A stretch of DNA of 64,000 nt from an uncultured Nitrospirales bacterium. GTDB taxonomy: Bacteria > Hydrogenedentota > Hydrogenedentia > Hydrogenedentales > JAGMZX01. The translations under genes were made by a program, and so were the position numbers. Where the stretch lies: the NCBI GenBank assembly GCA_964569295.1, contig CAZMVU010000003.1, positions 11,005 through 75,004 on the forward strand. Reading direction: 5' to 3'. The notes under the pieces were generated by a model. That model was not told the origin of the DNA. It saw only the letters and a list, made by a program, of their open reading frames with translations, and made no database searches. Of the stretch, positions 17,071-26,086 are shown one piece after another (within the stretch, counting starts at the first letter, position 1; every line of letters begins with the position of its first letter).

Positions 17071-17931
17071 ATGAGCGCGGTTGTTACGATATTGCTGCTA
17101 CTTTCGACCGAAGAACTGGCGCGGGAACTCGACGATGTGATTGTGGTGGATGCGCGGCCCATCGCGGCATATGAAGCGGGACACATCCCGGGAGCGCGGC
17201 ACCTTGCGGCGGGCGATCTCAGCGCAACGCAGGGCGGTGTGACGGGGTTGCTGAAGCCAGTGGACGCGTTGGCGCCGCTCATTTCAGAGGCGGGGCTGGA
17301 ACAGGGGGTACCGATTGTCGTGTACTCGGCCATGGACGAGCCCTATGAGGTAAAGGATGCGGCGCGGGTGTTCTGGGCGCTTTCGTATCTGGGTTTCGAT
17401 CAGGTTTCCGTACTTGATGGCGGTTATGCAAAGTGGCAGGCTGAAGGACGTCCCACCGAAACAGGTGCGCCGGCGCCCAAGGCGGACCCGGCAGGTGAGA
17501 TCGTGCTTCGGCCGCAGGAGGAACGGCATGCAACGCGCGGTGAGGTGCTCGAGCTCATGCGCGCCGGGGAGGGGATTCTGGCGGATATGCGCCCGCCGGC
17601 GGAGTATACGGGCCTCGACAAGGCGCACTATGTCAAGCAGTCGGGCCATATTCCCGGCGCATACAGTGTGCCTGTGGAAGATCTGGTCGATGCGCATGAG
17701 GCAGGTGATAAGGTGTTTTACACGTTCAAGACGGGCGATGCCCTGACGCAGGCGCTGGCTGGGGAGAAAGATGCGCCCGTCATCAGTTATTGCAACACGG
17801 GCCGTAGCGGATCGGTGGGCTACTTCGCCTACCGCCTTGCCGGCTACGAAGAGGTGTCCTTGTACGACGGTGCCATGGCGGAGTGGGGGAATCACCCGGG
17901 TTTGCGGGTACAGGAGGCCCCCGCGCCTTAA
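17071..17931 (+). CDS. tandem-rhodanese sulfurtransferase (thiosulfate/3-mercaptopyruvate sulfurtransferase-like)
   Basis: 286 aa with two rhodanese-like halves. The active-site loop is YCNTGRSGS. AAAGGAGA lies upstream of the ATG. Confidence 0.8.
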   Translation: MSAVVTILLLLSTEELARELDDVIVVDARPIAAYEAGHIPGARHLAAGDLSATQGGVTGLLKPVDALAPLISEAGLEQGVPIVVYSAMDEPYEVKDAARVFWALSYLGFDQVSVLDGGYAKWQAEGRPTETGAPAPKADPAGEIVLRPQEERHATRGEVLELMRAGEGILADMRPPAEYTGLDKAHYVKQSGHIPGAYSVPVEDLVDAHEAGDKVFYTFKTGDALTQALAGEKDAPVISYCNTGRSGSVGYFAYRLAGYEEVSLYDGAMAEWGNHPGLRVQEAPAP

Positions 17932-17957
17932 GCAATGCGAGGAGCAAGAGAAACACG

Positions 17958-19133
17958 ATGGAATACCGGCGATTCGGAAAGACAGAGTTTCGTATGCCCG
18001 TGCTCAGCTGCGGCGCCATGCGTTTTCAACAGAGCTTCAAGGACGACGAGCCAGTCACGCATGAGAGCCAGGCGAATGTCGAGGCCTGCGTGAAGAGAGC
18101 GCTCGATGCCGGTATCTATCACATCGAGACGGCGCGTGGCTACGGTACCAGCGAGTACCAGCTCGGCAAAATTCTCCCGCAACTGCCGCGTGATGAAATC
18201 CTGGTGCAGACGAAGGTCGCACCGGATATGGACGTGGACAAATTTGTGGCTACCTTCGAGAAGTCCATGGGCTTGCTGAACCTGGACCATATCGATCTCT
18301 TCTCGTTCCACGGCATCAACAGTCCCGGTGAACTCGATGCGGCTATGGCGTGCCTCGATACGGCGCAGTCGTGGAAGCACTTCGGGCGTATACGCGATAT
18401 TGGATTCTCGACCCACGGCGATCCTGCGATTGTGCAGCGCGCCATCGAGACGGATGCCTTCGATCATGTCAACCTGCATTGGTACTACATTTACCAGGAG
18501 CACTGGGAAAATATCCAGGCAGCCCGGCGGCGCGATATGGGCGTGTTCATCATCAGTCCGAACGACAAAGGGGGCATGCTGTACAAGCCGAGCGACAAGC
18601 TGCGTACACTGTGCGATCCGCTGGACCCCATGGTGTTCAACGGCCTGTTCTGCCTCTCGCACCCCGAAGTGCATACGCTGAGTTGCGGTGTGGCAAAACC
18701 CGAGGAGTTCGATATTCACCTCGATATGGTCGATATGCTGCACGAGGCAAAGGAACACATTGTGCCTATCGAGGCGCGGTTGCGGGCGGCCATGGTCGAG
18801 GCGTTCGGAGAGACCTGGGTGGACACGTGGGCGGAAGGATTGCCGCCGGTTGCAGATACGCCGGGCGAGATTAATGTAGAGTGGATTCTACGGCTGCGAA
18901 ATCTTGCTGTCGCGTTCGACATGATCGAATATGCCAAGATGCGCTATAACCTGCTCGGGAACGGCGGCAACTGGTTCCCAGGGTACAAGGCCGACAAAAT
19001 GGACGAGGTGGGGGAGGAGGCGCTTGTGCAGGCCCTGTCGAAGTCGCCGCATGCAGAGAAGATACCCGGTTACCTGCGCAAGGCGCACGATTTGCTCGCC
19101 GGGGAAGCGGTGAAGCGCCAGAGCGAAAGCTGA
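17958..19133 (+). CDS. aldo/keto reductase family oxidoreductase with C-terminal extension
   Basis: MEYRRFGKTEFRMPVLSCGAMRF... and IETARGYGTSE match the AKR N-terminus. The ORF-track start 17883 overlaps the rhodanese gene, so I trimmed it to ATG 17958. Confidence 0.8.
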   Translation: MEYRRFGKTEFRMPVLSCGAMRFQQSFKDDEPVTHESQANVEACVKRALDAGIYHIETARGYGTSEYQLGKILPQLPRDEILVQTKVAPDMDVDKFVATFEKSMGLLNLDHIDLFSFHGINSPGELDAAMACLDTAQSWKHFGRIRDIGFSTHGDPAIVQRAIETDAFDHVNLHWYYIYQEHWENIQAARRRDMGVFIISPNDKGGMLYKPSDKLRTLCDPLDPMVFNGLFCLSHPEVHTLSCGVAKPEEFDIHLDMVDMLHEAKEHIVPIEARLRAAMVEAFGETWVDTWAEGLPPVADTPGEINVEWILRLRNLAVAFDMIEYAKMRYNLLGNGGNWFPGYKADKMDEVGEEALVQALSKSPHAEKIPGYLRKAHDLLAGEAVKRQSES

Positions 19134-19360
19134 CCCCTGGGCCGGGGGGGGACGGCCATGTGCGCCGCGCGTCGCTTGCAAATTGCGACCGTTGCGTGTG
19201 TGTCCGCCGCGCGCTATGTTGCCAGCACCGTGGGTGTATTCGAAAGGGTGCAGCATTGTCGCTATCGCGTTGCAACAGGAATAAAGCAGACAAAGGGGCT
19301 GTCCTCGTGATTCCGCGAGCAAGTGCTGCTTCTTTCTTTGCAGCGTCAGGAAAGAACTTG

Positions 19361-20230
19361 GTGCATTGGGCGCCCAGCCCCGATTACTTGTTTCGCTTTT
19401 CCTTTTTTCCGTGTGTTGGAACGGTAATACAAAGGCTGCATCTGTTCAAGAACATAGGGCGCAACGGCGCCCTCGTGTGCCTTGCGTTGGCCATGCTGGC
19501 AGCGGGGTGCCGCGAACCGCGTCATGCGCAACGCGACATGCATGGCTTGCGTACCATTGATCGGGCGGTACGCGCGGGGGACCATGGAAAGGTCGAGGCG
19601 CTCATCAAAGAAGGCGCCCAGGTAAATGGCACCGATGCCGGCGGGGTCACCCCGCTGCACCGGGCGGCGCGCAACGGCGATTCGCAGATGGTTCGGCTTT
19701 TACTCAGCTACCGGGCCGACCCCACACTGCGCACAAAAGACGGTTGGAACGCTTTGCATCTGGCCGCATGGTATGGCAACAACCGCGCAGTGAAGCTGCT
19801 GCTGGCCAACGGCGCCACGGTGAACAGCCGCACGCCGGCGGGGTGGAACCTGCTGCATATGGCTGCGATGCAGGGGATGCCGAGTCTGGTGGACATCGCC
19901 CTGCGCAGTTGGCCGGGCAAAAAGCCGGATATCGACGGACAGGATAAGCAGGGGCTCACTCCGCTGCACCGGGCCATAAACCGGGCGCAGTGGGAAGTGG
20001 CAGGCTTGCTGCTGCGTAAAGGCGCGGATGCCAACATCCGCGCGCCCGATGGTTCGCTGCCGTTGCACATGGCTGTGCGTGCGGGCAACACCGGCATGGT
20101 CTCGAGGTTGCTCTCGCACGGCGCGCGGCCCGGGAAGCGGGACCGATCGGGCAAAACGGCAATGGACCTCGCGCGGGACGAAGAAAAAACGGAGATTGTG
20201 CGCCTCTTCTGGCAGCGGGACATACAATAA
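19361..20230 (+). CDS. ankyrin-repeat protein, probably exported or lipoprotein
   Basis: Repeated GxTPLHxAAxxGxxxxVxLLL units (GVTPLHRAARNGDSQMVRLLL, GWNALHLAAWYGNNRAVKLLL, and others). A hydrophobic segment ends in the lipobox-like LAAGC. The start is uncertain (GTG 19361 chosen; the ORF track opens at 19160). Confidence 0.65.
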   Translation: MHWAPSPDYLFRFSFFPCVGTVIQRLHLFKNIGRNGALVCLALAMLAAGCREPRHAQRDMHGLRTIDRAVRAGDHGKVEALIKEGAQVNGTDAGGVTPLHRAARNGDSQMVRLLLSYRADPTLRTKDGWNALHLAAWYGNNRAVKLLLANGATVNSRTPAGWNLLHMAAMQGMPSLVDIALRSWPGKKPDIDGQDKQGLTPLHRAINRAQWEVAGLLLRKGADANIRAPDGSLPLHMAVRAGNTGMVSRLLSHGARPGKRDRSGKTAMDLARDEEKTEIVRLFWQRDIQ

Positions 20231-20235
20231 GCTGT

Positions 20236-21093
20236 CTAGAATTCCATGGCGTCGACGAGTTCGGCCCAAGCCCGGCTCACGGGGAAAATGTCCGGATACC
20301 GCCAATACTCGACGTGCCCGTCCATAAACAAGATATTGCCGCCGCCGGGCACATGATTAAAGCCAGCCGGATCAATATCGATGCGGTCGTACATGACGGG
20401 AATCTGGCTTTGCGATACTGCGGTGCGCGATGGGTCGTTGATGTCTTCTATCAGGAACCGCTCGATCCCCTGCCGCAGCCGCCGGATCGTTTGGGTCTGG
20501 TTCAATTCATCCCTGAACTCCCACGCCGTGTGAAAGCGTTCTGGATCCTGTGACTCGAGCAGCTCCCGAAATGCATTTTCAAAGGCGCGGGACATATCCC
20601 GGGTGCCCACCTCGGCAATGTGCCCGGTACGGAAAACGTAGCCGGTGTAAAAGTAGGCAATACTGTCGAGGAGACACGGGTCTGTCGAGCCGTGCCGGCG
20701 TTCGCCATGGGGGCCATCGGCGCGATTCCAGTGGCCCCCAGTTACGAGGTCGCGCGCCACGGGGTTCGAAGGACACACCAGCACGCGCGCATCGCTGAGG
20801 TATTCGGGATACACTGCCGGACCGTCGCACATGAGCACGCGTGTATTGCGTTGTGTGCAGTTCGGGCCGGTGCGCTCCTGGATGGGCGGATAGGCCCCAG
20901 CCTGTTCCCCGGCATACATCTGGAAGACGATGCCCATCTGCCGCAGGTTGTTGGCACAACTTGCGCGCCGCGCCGCCTCTCGGGCGCGGGCCAGTCCAGG
21001 CAACAGCATGCCCGCGAGAATACCGATGATCCCGATGACCACAAGCAACTCGACAAGAGTGAATCCGCGTATTGGGTGGCTCGCCACTTTCAT
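20236..21093 (-). CDS. prepilin-type N-terminal cleavage/methylation domain protein, DUF1559 ('H-X9-DG') family
   Basis: The N-terminus [43 protein letters not shown] is the classic pseudopilin leader plus DUF1559 opening. The C-terminus has [11 protein letters not shown]. Confidence 0.85.
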   Translation of the reverse strand: MKVASHPIRGFTLVELLVVIGIIGILAGMLLPGLARAREAARRASCANNLRQMGIVFQMYAGEQAGAYPPIQERTGPNCTQRNTRVLMCDGPAVYPEYLSDARVLVCPSNPVARDLVTGGHWNRADGPHGERRHGSTDPCLLDSIAYFYTGYVFRTGHIAEVGTRDMSRAFENAFRELLESQDPERFHTAWEFRDELNQTQTIRRLRQGIERFLIEDINDPSRTAVSQSQIPVMYDRIDIDPAGFNHVPGGGNILFMDGHVEYWRYPDIFPVSRAWAELVDAMEF

Positions 21094-21273
21094 GACAGGC
21101 AGAATACCATACGCATTGTGCTAGGCAAAGCCGGAGCCGGTCCCGGCAGAATACGACCCGTGGCGCCGGCGTTTGCTGCGCTGACTCAGGTGCAGCGACA
21201 GGGGCGGCCTGTCCATGCGGCGCGGGTGATCTTGCGCGGCTTCCCATGGGCGCGCTATGGTGACGCCCTGTTG

Positions 21274-22239
21274 ATGGAGGATTGCCGCGTGTCGACCCGA
21301 GGCTTGTTTTTACAGAATGTCATCGCCCTTATCTGGGACTTCGACAAGACATTGTCGCCGTCCTATATGCAGGTGCCCTTGTTCCGCGCATACGAGGTAG
21401 ATGGCAAGCGCTTCTGGCAGGAGGTGAACGCCCTGCCCGCCTTCTATGCGAAAGCGGGGGTCAAGCTGCAAGCCGATGTGGCGTATCTGGGCCACCTGCT
21501 CACCTACGTGAAAAGCGGGCGAATGCCGGGCCTTACGAATGCGCGCTTGCGCGAACTGGGAAGTGAAATCGATTTTTTCAACGGCGTGCCCGACATTTTC
21601 CGGCAGTTGAACGCCGTACTCGAGAGCCCGCCCTTCCGCGATGGCGACCTGCGCCTCGAGCACTACGTGGTGAGCACGGGCCTCGCCGAAATGATCCGCG
21701 GCTCGGCGATCGCCCCGCACCTTGAAAGCATCTACGGCTGCGAATTTGTCGAGGTACCGGCAGGCCCGGACTTCAACCCTGAGGCCGAACCGGGCAGCGG
21801 CCCCATCAGTCAGATTGCAGGCTTCCTCGATAACACGACGAAAACGCGCGCGCTCTTCGAGATCAATAAGGGCGTGAACAAACCGGTCGATATCAGCGTG
21901 AATGACAGTATTCCGGAAGAGGACCGGCGGGTGCCTTTCAAAAACATGATCTACGTGGCCGATGGCCCCAGCGACATACCCTGCTTTTCCGTGGTGAAGA
22001 AGCACGCCGGCCTGACCTACGCCGTGTATGATCCGGAGTCCGAAGAGCACTTCGCCCAAGCGGCGCAGTTGCAGGAGTCCGGGCGGGTACACATGTTCGG
22101 GCCCGCCGATTATCGTCCGGAAAGCCAGACGGCGAAATGGTTAACCTTCCGTATCCGCGGTATAGCTGATCGCATCATGTCAGAGCGCAAGAAGGCGCTC
22201 GAGGGGCGCGTGGCGCCGAGTCCCTCGCATTTGGAATGA
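21274..22239 (+). CDS. HAD-superfamily hydrolase
   Basis: DxDxT motif in IALIWDFDKTLSP and a late motif in IYVADGPSDIP. The ORF-track start 20620 overlaps the DUF1559 gene, so I trimmed it to ATG 21274. Confidence 0.7.
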   Translation: MEDCRVSTRGLFLQNVIALIWDFDKTLSPSYMQVPLFRAYEVDGKRFWQEVNALPAFYAKAGVKLQADVAYLGHLLTYVKSGRMPGLTNARLRELGSEIDFFNGVPDIFRQLNAVLESPPFRDGDLRLEHYVVSTGLAEMIRGSAIAPHLESIYGCEFVEVPAGPDFNPEAEPGSGPISQIAGFLDNTTKTRALFEINKGVNKPVDISVNDSIPEEDRRVPFKNMIYVADGPSDIPCFSVVKKHAGLTYAVYDPESEEHFAQAAQLQESGRVHMFGPADYRPESQTAKWLTFRIRGIADRIMSERKKALEGRVAPSPSHLE

Positions 22240-22242
22240 AGC

Positions 22243-23694
22243 ATGTCTACGAGGAGAAGGACTATGAACAGGCGGGGTTTTATGCGCAGTGCCGCAGCAG
22301 GCGTGGGTCTGGCCGCATTGGGTGCGGGGGCTGCAACCGGCGCGGCGCCGCCGCGAAAGCCGAACATTCTGTTTATCTTCGCGGACGATCAGACCTATGA
22401 AACGGTGCATGCGCTGGGTTGCAGCGAAATCGAAACGCCGAACCTGGACCGGCTCGTGCGCGGCGGCACAACATTTACCCATGCCTACAACCAGGGTGCA
22501 TGGCACGGGGCCGTGTGCGTGGCGAGCCGCACCATGCTGGTTACGGGCGCCTTCGTGTGGGATGCCATGGCCCGGGAACCGCATCTCGGGAAAGACGCTG
22601 AGGCCGAACGGCTCTGGCCGCAACTGCTTAGCCGCGCCGGCTACGAGACTTACATGAGCGGCAAGTGGCATGTAAAGGTGGATCCGGCGCGTATATTCGA
22701 TCATGTGCGCAACGTGCGCCCGGGGATGCCCAACCAGACGGAGGCGGGCTATGACCGCCCGAAAGAAGGTCAGGACGATCCCTGGAAGCCCTGGGACCGG
22801 CAACACGGCGGTTACTGGAAAGGCGGCAAGCATTGGTCCGAGGTCCTCGGCGACGACGGCGTGGGCTTTCTGGAACAGGCGGCCGGGCGCGAAGCGCCGT
22901 TTTTCATGTATCTCGCGTTCAATGCGCCCCACGACCCGCGCCAGTCGCCGAAGGAATATGTGGAGCGGTACCCGTTGGACGGCGTTGCCGTGCCGAAGGA
23001 TTTCTTGCCCGAATACCCGCATAAAGAGGCTATGGGCTGCGGGGAAAACCTGCGCGACGAGCGGCTGGCGCCGTTCCCGCGCACGCCGCATGCAGTGAAG
23101 GTCCACCGCCAGGAGTACTACGCCATTATCACGCACATGGACGCGCAGGTAGGCCGTATTCTCGATGCGCTCGAGGCCTCGGGCAAAGCGGATGGTACCG
23201 TGGTCATCTTCACGGCGGACCACGGACTTGCCTGCGGTCACCACGGGCTTATGGGCAAGCAGAATATGTTCGACCACAGCCTGCGCGCGCCGCTCATGAT
23301 CATGGGGCCGGGGATACCGGCGGGGGCGCGGAACAGTACGCCGGTCTACCTGCAGGACATCATGCCGACCGCACTTGCCCTGGCCGGCGCTGAAGTGCCC
23401 GAGCGCGTCGCATTTCGCAATCTGCTGCCGCTGATCGAGGGTGCACGTGCGGAGCAATATGGCGCGATCTATGGGGCCTACATGAACAAGCAGCGGATGG
23501 TGGCCGATGAGGGGTTTAAGCTGGTGCATTATCCCACCATCGACAAAACGCTGCTGTTCAATCTCGAAAATGATCCGGACGAGATGCACGATCTGGCGGA
23601 TGATCCCGAGTATGCGGAAATTCGCACCGAACTCAGGGCAAAGCTCGACAAGTTGCAGGAGACCCTCGGCGATCCGCTCGTGTCGGCGGAGTAG
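22243..23694 (+). CDS. sulfatase (formylglycine-dependent family) with twin-arginine signal
   Basis: RRGFMRSAAAGVGLAALGAGAA TAT leader; NILFIFADDQ; the formylglycine site reads CVASR (C-x-A-x-R variant); FTADHG. Confidence 0.85.
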   Translation: MSTRRRTMNRRGFMRSAAAGVGLAALGAGAATGAAPPRKPNILFIFADDQTYETVHALGCSEIETPNLDRLVRGGTTFTHAYNQGAWHGAVCVASRTMLVTGAFVWDAMAREPHLGKDAEAERLWPQLLSRAGYETYMSGKWHVKVDPARIFDHVRNVRPGMPNQTEAGYDRPKEGQDDPWKPWDRQHGGYWKGGKHWSEVLGDDGVGFLEQAAGREAPFFMYLAFNAPHDPRQSPKEYVERYPLDGVAVPKDFLPEYPHKEAMGCGENLRDERLAPFPRTPHAVKVHRQEYYAIITHMDAQVGRILDALEASGKADGTVVIFTADHGLACGHHGLMGKQNMFDHSLRAPLMIMGPGIPAGARNSTPVYLQDIMPTALALAGAEVPERVAFRNLLPLIEGARAEQYGAIYGAYMNKQRMVADEGFKLVHYPTIDKTLLFNLENDPDEMHDLADDPEYAEIRTELRAKLDKLQETLGDPLVSAE

Positions 23695-23700
23695 CCGGGG

Positions 23701-25125
23701 ATGGCCGCCGAAGAAGAGCACCTTCTCGCGTGTTTGCGTGCGGGCAAGTGGCCCCGGGTAGTACTCGACTTCGACGACACCGTGTTTCTCGACAACTCGA
23801 CCGAGCGTTTTCTCGATAACGCACGGCCGCGCCTGCTCACCTTTCTCGTCGTGCTGTGCAGCGACCGGCTCGTGGGATTGTCCGGCCGCATGGGCCTTTG
23901 TGCGCCGCGCCACTGGTGCGACTACATCCGCGTGGTTGCGGTCTCCCTGTTGATGCCGTGGGCATGGCTGTGGTGGCGGTTGACGGCGAAGCGCCGGATG
24001 CGGTGCGGTATGAACCGGGCGCTTGTCGAGGCGGTCGCAGCGGGCAGGCCTGCCGAAGTAATCGTGGTGAGCTTTGGTATGCGCCACGTCATTCATCCAA
24101 TGCTTGCAGCCCTTCCCTTTGATGTCACGCTTGCCGCCTGCCGCATGGGCGTGCCGCCGGACAACCTGCGTGTCCGGGGCAAGGTCGCCGCCCTTCAAGA
24201 AATTCTGCCGTCCGATGCGGCCGGCGAAGCGGTCTATGTTACTGACTCCCTGGAGGAGCAAGCGGTCGCGGCGTGTGTGAGCGCGGCCTACACCGTGCAA
24301 TGGGCCCCGTATAAGCCGCGGGCTTTCGCCCGGCTCTATGTACCCATGCGCTATGCGGTCGCCGGGAAGTACGCGGGCAAGAACTACCTCTGGAATCAGA
24401 TTATCCAGGAGGACTTGCTGGTGGTGTTGCTGGCCTACGCGTTCGCCCCGGCGTATGCCGCCGCGCTCGCGCTGTTGTTCCTTTCGCTTTACGCCATCTA
24501 CGAACGGGGCTACTACCACAATGATTTCGCCGCCGCGCCGCGTGAGGAAAGGCCCACGCGCAACGAACGAGCCGTGTTTTTCGAGGACTACCCAATCAAC
24601 TGGGCATGGATTTGGGCGGGCGTCTTCGGTGTGGGGGGCGTAGCCATGCTGCACCTGGGCGGCGCGTTCGACCCCGCCGTCTTTCTGCGCGATGTGGTGC
24701 TGTGGGGCGGCATGCTGCTTGTGCTGCAGGCCTTGTTTTCCGCCTTCAATGCCATGGCGCCTCGGCGGCGGATCGCCGTTTTTCCGCTCCTTCACGGCAT
24801 GAAGACATTCACGTTCGCTGTGGTTATTCCGCTCACGCTGTTGGGCGCGCTCCTCCTGCTGGCGCAGGTCGCTTGTCAAAGCGTGAACTATGTCATTTAC
24901 CGGCGCGGTGGGAATTGGGAACGTTTCAACCCGCACATCTTTCGCCTGCTGTTCTTCGCCGCGTTACTGATTCCGGCCAGTGTGCTGCACCCGGCGTTGC
25001 CGGAGGGGTTGCTGGGGTGGCGTGGTATGCTCATTTGCGCATGGATGGCATTGCGAATTGCGGAACGCGCCTCGGGCACGGGGCTGCGGCGCGTGCTCTT
25101 GGGCCTTGTCCGGCGTGAACACTGA
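23701..25125 (+). CDS. HAD-like N-terminal domain fused to a polytopic membrane domain (function unknown)
   Basis: VVLDFDDTVFLD (DxDxT) and a later YVTDS motif. The C-terminal ~270 aa contain multiple hydrophobic helices (LLVVLLAYAFAPAYAAALALLFLSLYAI, WAWIWAGVFGVGGVAML, VVLWGGMLLVLQALFSAF, FTFAVVIPLTLLGALLLLAQV, LLFFAALLIPASVL, MLICAWMAL). Confidence 0.6.
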   Translation: MAAEEEHLLACLRAGKWPRVVLDFDDTVFLDNSTERFLDNARPRLLTFLVVLCSDRLVGLSGRMGLCAPRHWCDYIRVVAVSLLMPWAWLWWRLTAKRRMRCGMNRALVEAVAAGRPAEVIVVSFGMRHVIHPMLAALPFDVTLAACRMGVPPDNLRVRGKVAALQEILPSDAAGEAVYVTDSLEEQAVAACVSAAYTVQWAPYKPRAFARLYVPMRYAVAGKYAGKNYLWNQIIQEDLLVVLLAYAFAPAYAAALALLFLSLYAIYERGYYHNDFAAAPREERPTRNERAVFFEDYPINWAWIWAGVFGVGGVAMLHLGGAFDPAVFLRDVVLWGGMLLVLQALFSAFNAMAPRRRIAVFPLLHGMKTFTFAVVIPLTLLGALLLLAQVACQSVNYVIYRRGGNWERFNPHIFRLLFFAALLIPASVLHPALPEGLLGWRGMLICAWMALRIAERASGTGLRRVLLGLVRREH

Positions 25126-25218
25126 GTACCGCTGGTGCGTAAGCTGGTTTGCAGGCTTCGCGCACCACTTGCTATGCTTTGTGCGCTGCGCTCATCCAAT
25201 GAGGAAACTTTCTGCGCC

Positions 25219-26085
25219 ATGGCGTCACTGGACCTTGCTGAATACCTCGGCCATCACCGTGCCTCGGTGGATGATGCCGTGGCGTCGCGTCTGCCCGCTG
25301 CGGACCGGGAACCGCGGCTGGTGCACGAGGCGATGCGCTATGTCACCCTTTCCGGCGGCAAACGGCTGCGCCCTATTGTCTCGCTGGCCGTGGCTCAATT
25401 AGCGGGCCGCGCGCCGGCCCATCTGCTCGATGCCGCGTGTGCCGTCGAGCTGGTGCACACATCCTCGCTCATTCTCGATGATTTGCCTTGCATGGACGAT
25501 GCGCAGGAGCGGCGTGGCCAACCGTGTATCCATGTGAAATACGGCCGGGCGACGGCGCTGCTGGCGGCGATGGCGCTACTGTCACGCGCCTTTGAACTGG
25601 TAGCGGCCAATGCGGCCGCCGTGCGCCCGGAATCGGCCGCGGAAGTGGTGTCCATGTTGTCGAAAGCGGTGGGCAGCGAAGGGCTCGTGCACGGCCAACA
25701 CCTCGATTTACAGCACACGGACGCCGAGCCGACGCTCGACGGCCTGATTCACATTCACGCGCTCAAGGCGGGCGCGCTCTTTCTGGCGGCGGTGCAGATA
25801 CCCGCATGTCTCGCCGGCTTGAGCGGCCGGGAAACCAGTGCTCTTGCGGAGTATGCGCGCGGCGTGGGCCTGGCCTTCCAAATCATTGATGACCTGCACG
25901 ATGCCGCATCGTCCCGGGAAGATGCGGGCAAAGGCACCTATGCCCAGTTGCTTGGTGAGCGGGGCGCGCGTGACCGGGCGAATGCGTTACTTAGCCAAGC
26001 AGTTCAGGCCCTCGCACCTTTTGGAGAGGCAGGCGAGCCCTTGCGGCTATTGGCGGAACACCTGCGCGCAAATATGGCGGTGTAG
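25219..26085 (+). CDS. polyprenyl diphosphate synthase (FPP/GGPP synthase family)
   Basis: First Asp-rich motif LILDDLPCMDD and second Asp-rich motif QIIDDLHD. The start was set to ATG 25219 (GAGGAA upstream). Confidence 0.85.
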   Translation: MASLDLAEYLGHHRASVDDAVASRLPAADREPRLVHEAMRYVTLSGGKRLRPIVSLAVAQLAGRAPAHLLDAACAVELVHTSSLILDDLPCMDDAQERRGQPCIHVKYGRATALLAAMALLSRAFELVAANAAAVRPESAAEVVSMLSKAVGSEGLVHGQHLDLQHTDAEPTLDGLIHIHALKAGALFLAAVQIPACLAGLSGRETSALAEYARGVGLAFQIIDDLHDAASSREDAGKGTYAQLLGERGARDRANALLSQAVQALAPFGEAGEPLRLLAEHLRANMAV

Positions 26086-26086
26086 C

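Noticed and set aside
20620-21273. N-terminal 218-codon extension of the HAD hydrolase ORF
   Set aside because: It overlaps the DUF1559 gene on the opposite strand. HAD motif I appears only after ATG 21274.
22180-24936. 918-aa minus-strand ORF (the longest antisense ORF in the window)
   Set aside because: It lies opposite the sulfatase and the HAD::membrane genes, both of which have strong motifs. The product is R/H/P/G-rich and lacks any recognisable domain.
25838-26086. 83-codon upstream extension of the anchored GH-like ORF
   Set aside because: It overlaps the 3' end of the polyprenyl synthase in another frame. A clean ATG plus membrane anchor starts at 26087.
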